Assembly: GCA_011046415.1 (NCBI GenBank)
Contig: DSAP01000185.1
Location: forward strand, 1 to 51,337
DNA length: 51,337 nucleotides
Reading direction: 5' to 3'
From: a bacterium
GTDB taxonomy: Bacteria > Zhuqueibacterota > QNDG01 > JABMRT01
The position numbers and the translations under genes are program-made. Positions 50,083 through 51,337 of this stretch are shown one piece after another; position 1 is the first letter of the stretch; the number at the start of each line of letters is the position of its first letter. The notes below the pieces were generated by a model, which saw only the letters and a program-made list of their open reading frames with translations, was not told the origin of the DNA and did not search any database.

Positions 50083-50147
50083 CTGATATGCCTCCTTGAT
50101 TCTGTCCAAGAGTGCGGGAGACTTTCTGGATATCAGTTCCCCGCCCG

Positions 50148-51337
50148 TTATTTCCGTTTCGCGTTTCCCCCCGGCCTTTCCGCACCGAACAGCCCGAGCT
50201 GTCCGTCCCCGCGCCGCCGGGACCGCCTCTTTCCGGCGGATTCGAACGCGGCCAGCGCCTCCTCGATGTCGTCGAGGAAGGCGCTCCGCGGCAGGCGGAC
50301 GGGTTGTCCCCGGAGGAACCGTTTTCCGGCATGGGTCAGGATGAGCTCGGACCGGGCGCGCGTCATGCCGACATAGAGCAGCCGGCGCTCTTCTTCGGGA
50401 TCGGACTCCCGGCCGAAAAGGCGGTAGGGAATGAGTCCCTCCTCGCAGCCCGCGATGAACACGCATTCGAATTCGAGCCCCTTGGACGCGTGCAGCGTGA
50501 GCACGGATACGGACTCGGTATCGGGACGCAGGGTGTCCTGTCCCGTCCCGATCGCGGTGGAGAGTAGGAATTTTTCCGCGTCCTCCCCGAATTCCCCGGC
50601 CAGATCGAGGAGGCGCCGGACCGCCGGCTGCGCGTTCTCGGGGATCGGGACCGACCCGCGCGCGATCAGGTCCCGGAAGAGCGCAGGGACGGATTCCCGG
50701 CCGACGCGCGACACCCAGTCCGCCCGTTCGGATTCCGGGATGCCATACCGGTCCGCCACGGGCCGGGTTAGCGGTCCGTCGCCCGCGCGGCACAACGCGC
50801 GGAACAGCGCCACGAGGGAACGGACGGGTTCCTGGTCGAAAAAAGGCCTCTCCCCGGCGGTCTGGAACGGGATGCCGTGATCCTGAAAGGCTTTCTCGAT
50901 CGCCGCGGTCTGGCGGCCGGTGCGGCAGAGCACGGCGAAATCGGACAGGCTCAAATCCGCGGTTTCATACCCCGTCGCGACCGCGCTGTCCATCGAGAAG
51001 AACCGCAGCCCGCCCATCTTCTCCTCGATGCGGCGCGCGATAAATTCGGCCTCGCTCTTGTCGGTCGCCTCGTGCCGGATACGGATCCGGAGACCCCGGT
51101 TCAATCCTTTCAGGGTTTCGGATTTCAGCGACCCGCCGCCGAGAATGCGGCGCGAGGCCGACAGGACGGTCTCCGTGCAGCGGTAACTCAGCGGGAGACG
51201 GTACACACGGGCGTCCGGATACTCCTCCTGAAACCGGCGGATATGCGAGGCGTCCGCGCCGCGGAATCCGTAGATGGCCTGATCCGGATCGCCGATGACG
51301 AAGAGATTCGATTCCGGTCCGGGCATGAGCAGCCGGA
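50148..51337 (-). CDS. UvrD/REP superfamily 1 helicase, C-terminal part (5' end outside the window)
   Basis: GDPDQAIYGFRGA, YRC, AVLCRT, TLHASKGLEF, EERRLLYVGMTRA. Confidence 0.93.
   Translation of the reverse strand, partial: RLLMPGPESNLFVIGDPDQAIYGFRGADASHIRRFQEEYPDARVYRLPLSYRCTETVLSASRRILGGGSLKSETLKGLNRGLRIRIRHEATDKSEAEFIARRIEEKMGGLRFFSMDSAVATGYETADLSLSDFAVLCRTGRQTAAIEKAFQDHGIPFQTAGERPFFDQEPVRSLVALFRALCRAGDGPLTRPVADRYGIPESERADWVSRVGRESVPALFRDLIARGSVPIPENAQPAVRRLLDLAGEFGEDAEKFLLSTAIGTGQDTLRPDTESVSVLTLHASKGLEFECVFIAGCEEGLIPYRLFGRESDPEEERRLLYVGMTRARSELILTHAGKRFLRGQPVRLPRSAFLDDIEEALAAFESAGKRRSRRRGDGQLGLFGAERPGGNAKRK

Noticed and set aside
50083-50793. Arg/Pro-rich N-terminal part of the 288-aa ORF, suggesting a fusion to the nucleoside hydrolase
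   Set aside because: It is an alternate frame of the UvrD gene; the real start is ATG 50082 with an AAGGAGG RBS and signal peptide.

Overview
51.3 kb of a GC-rich, diderm bacterial chromosome. The 16S fragment and gene content suggest an FCB-group/KSB1-like lineage, but that is inference only. Left to right: the 5' end of a minus-strand 16S rRNA gene with tandem sigma70-type promoters; an HldE-C(RfaE-II)/GmhB fusion coupled to a large GH13 gene; an orphan TolC; asnA; and a near-complete dcw cluster (mraZ-rsmH-ftsL-ftsI-murE-murF-mraY-murD-ftsW-murG-murC-murB-ftsQ-ftsA-ftsZ, no ddl) with a structured RNA after ftsZ and 10-bp-phased repeats in the mraZ promoter. A plus-strand accessory block (26.9-38.9 kb) follows, with exported proteins, four apparent single-base frameshifts, a miniature IS200/IS605-like palindromic element and an internally deleted EEP gene. 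The last, minus-strand block holds an HI0933 flavoprotein, a serine protease lipoprotein, an orphan pbpC, an internally deleted nucleoside hydrolase and a partial UvrD. It also holds the best novel-system candidate: a Cys-rich membrane protein, an atypical alpha-oxoamine synthase, a 7TM-DUF835 (archaeal KaiC-like) sensor and a translationally coupled soluble histidine kinase. All family calls are from motif recognition by eye; no database searches were run.
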